64,000 bases of DNA from an uncultured Thermus sp. (GTDB lineage: Bacteria; Deinococcota; Deinococci; Deinococcales; Thermaceae), in the NCBI GenBank assembly GCA_947085095.1, contig CAMTVD010000022.1, positions 1 to 64,000 of the forward strand. Reading direction: 5' to 3'. The notes below the pieces were generated by a model. That model was not told the origin of the DNA, did no database searches, and worked only from the letters and a program-made list of their open reading frames with translations. Both the position numbers and the translations under genes were made by a program. Each line of letters opens with the position of its first letter. Within the stretch, counting starts at the first letter, position 1. Below, one piece after another: positions 62,764 through 64,000 of this stretch.

Positions 62764-63447
62764 ATGCCTATTCTGGAAGCCAAAGGCGTGCGCAAGGTGT
62801 ACCGGGGGGATGGCGTGGAAACCGAGGCCCTCCGGGGGGTGGACCTGAAGGTGGAGGCGGGGGAGTTCGCTGCCCTGGTGGGGCCTTCGGGGAGCGGCAA
62901 GAGCACCCTCTTGCACCTCCTGGCGGGGCTGGACCTGCCCACGGAGGGGGAGGTCTGGGTGGGCGGGGTGGCCATCTCCCGGCTTTCCCGGGCTCAAAGG
63001 GCCCGCTTCCGGCTGGAGAGGATGGGCCTGGTCTTCCAGGCCTATAACCTCTTTCCCGTCCTCACCGCCCTGGAGAACGCCGCCTTCGTCCTGGAGGCCC
63101 GGGGGGTGCCCAAGGCGGAGCGGGAGCGGCGGGCGCTTGAATTCTTGGAGGTCTTGGGCCTCAAGGAAAAGGCCCACCGCTACCCCCGGCAGCTTTCCGG
63201 AGGGGAGCAGCAGCGGGTGGCCGTGGCCCGGGCCCTGGCGGCGGAGCCCCTCATCGTCCTGGCGGACGAGCCCACCGCCAACCTGGACTCCAAGACCGGC
63301 TTGGCCCTGATTGAACGCATGAAGGCCCTAAACCGGGAGCGGGGGGTCACCTTCCTCTTCTCCACCCACGACCCCCGCCTCCTGGAGCACGTGGGCCGGG
63401 TGGTGCGCCTGGAGGATGGGCGCATCGTGGGGGAGGAGTGGCGCTGA
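62764..63447 (+). CDS. LolD-like ABC ATP-binding protein
   Basis: GPSGSGKST, LSGGEQQR, ADEPTANLD, STHD. Confidence 0.95.
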   Translation: MPILEAKGVRKVYRGDGVETEALRGVDLKVEAGEFAALVGPSGSGKSTLLHLLAGLDLPTEGEVWVGGVAISRLSRAQRARFRLERMGLVFQAYNLFPVLTALENAAFVLEARGVPKAERERRALEFLEVLGLKEKAHRYPRQLSGGEQQRVAVARALAAEPLIVLADEPTANLDSKTGLALIERMKALNRERGVTFLFSTHDPRLLEHVGRVVRLEDGRIVGEEWR

Positions 63448-64000
63448 GGGCCTGGGCCTTGGCGGCCCTCCTCTCCCTGGCGGCGGCCCAGGGGTACCAG
63501 GTGGGGGGTTACGGCCTCGGGGGGACGGCCACCCTCTACCTGGGGCTTTATGGGGTCTGGCCCTGGGAAGGGGGGCGTCTCACCTTGAGCCTGGCCCCCT
63601 ACCTGAGGCTTCCCGGGGGCGAGGCGGGCCTGAGCGTGGAACGCCTTTTCCTCTCCCTCTTTGAGGGGCCATGGGGCCTCGAGGTGGGCCGCTTCCCCCT
63701 GAGCCTCGGGGTGGGGCGGCTTTTTCCCTTCGCCCTAGGTGAGCCTTCCCCCGGCCTGGGGGAGGTGGGGGTGGTGGGGGGAAGCCTCACCTGGTACGGG
63801 GAGAGGGGGGCGGTGCGGGCGGGCCTCGCCTGGAAGGAGGGCGGGTTCTTGGAGGTCCGCCTGCCTCCCTTCCGGGCCTACGCCTACTCCCGGGGCCTCG
63901 GGCTTGTGGCTGAGGCCCTCTGGGAAGGGGTGGTCCTCTACGGGGAAGGGCGGCTGGCCTCCCTTCAGGCGCAGGGCCTCCTGGGGGCTGCCTGGCGCTG
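63438..64000 (+). CDS. Secreted / probable outer-membrane beta-barrel protein (runs off the window)
   Basis: Manual translation from GTG 63438: signal peptide LRAWALAALLSLAAA then Gly/aromatic-rich amphipathic strands. Confidence 0.6.
   Translation, partial: MALRAWALAALLSLAAAQGYQVGGYGLGGTATLYLGLYGVWPWEGGRLTLSLAPYLRLPGGEAGLSVERLFLSLFEGPWGLEVGRFPLSLGVGRLFPFALGEPSPGLGEVGVVGGSLTWYGERGAVRAGLAWKEGGFLEVRLPPFRAYAYSRGLGLVAEALWEGVVLYGEGRLASLQAQGLLGAAWR

Overview
GC-rich chromosomal segment from a Thermus species, inferred from protein similarity to T. thermophilus genes that I recognise from memory. Most of the window is housekeeping: rnj-pnp-rpsO, the ba3 oxidase operon cbaD-cbaB-cbaA-cbaX, mglAB, speB, efp-accB-accC-nusB-folD, ldh, lon, bshA, hslVU, tatA, a tRNA Pro-Gly-Arg cluster, a beta-oxidation cluster, a nucleoside ABC transporter, purH, a fatty-acid desaturase, dtd, two DegV genes, serA, and a MarR/GbsR-regulated LolA/LolCDE-like exporter. 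The main accessory feature is a compact 6.9-kb integrative element in the 3' half of tRNA-Arg(TCT), bounded by 46-bp att repeats at 35527-35572 and 42453-42498. All its genes lie on the minus strand: an orphan, an excisionase-like HTH, a TthPrimPol-like primase-polymerase, a P-loop helicase with an internal iteron-like array, a zinc-finger protein, small ORFs and a tyrosine integrase. It also has TGACCCC arm-type repeats and a hairpin-dense non-coding block, but no capsid, conjugation or recognisable repressor genes. Other observations: an IS630 end truncating a Na+/Ca2+ antiporter gene; a nucleoside-ABC ATPase apparently collapsed from two domains to one chimeric domain; an Asp-to-Asn change at the ba3 proton-loading site; and many leaderless-type -10 boxes, including overlapping bidirectional ones. 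No database searches were run; all similarity statements are from recall and need confirmation.
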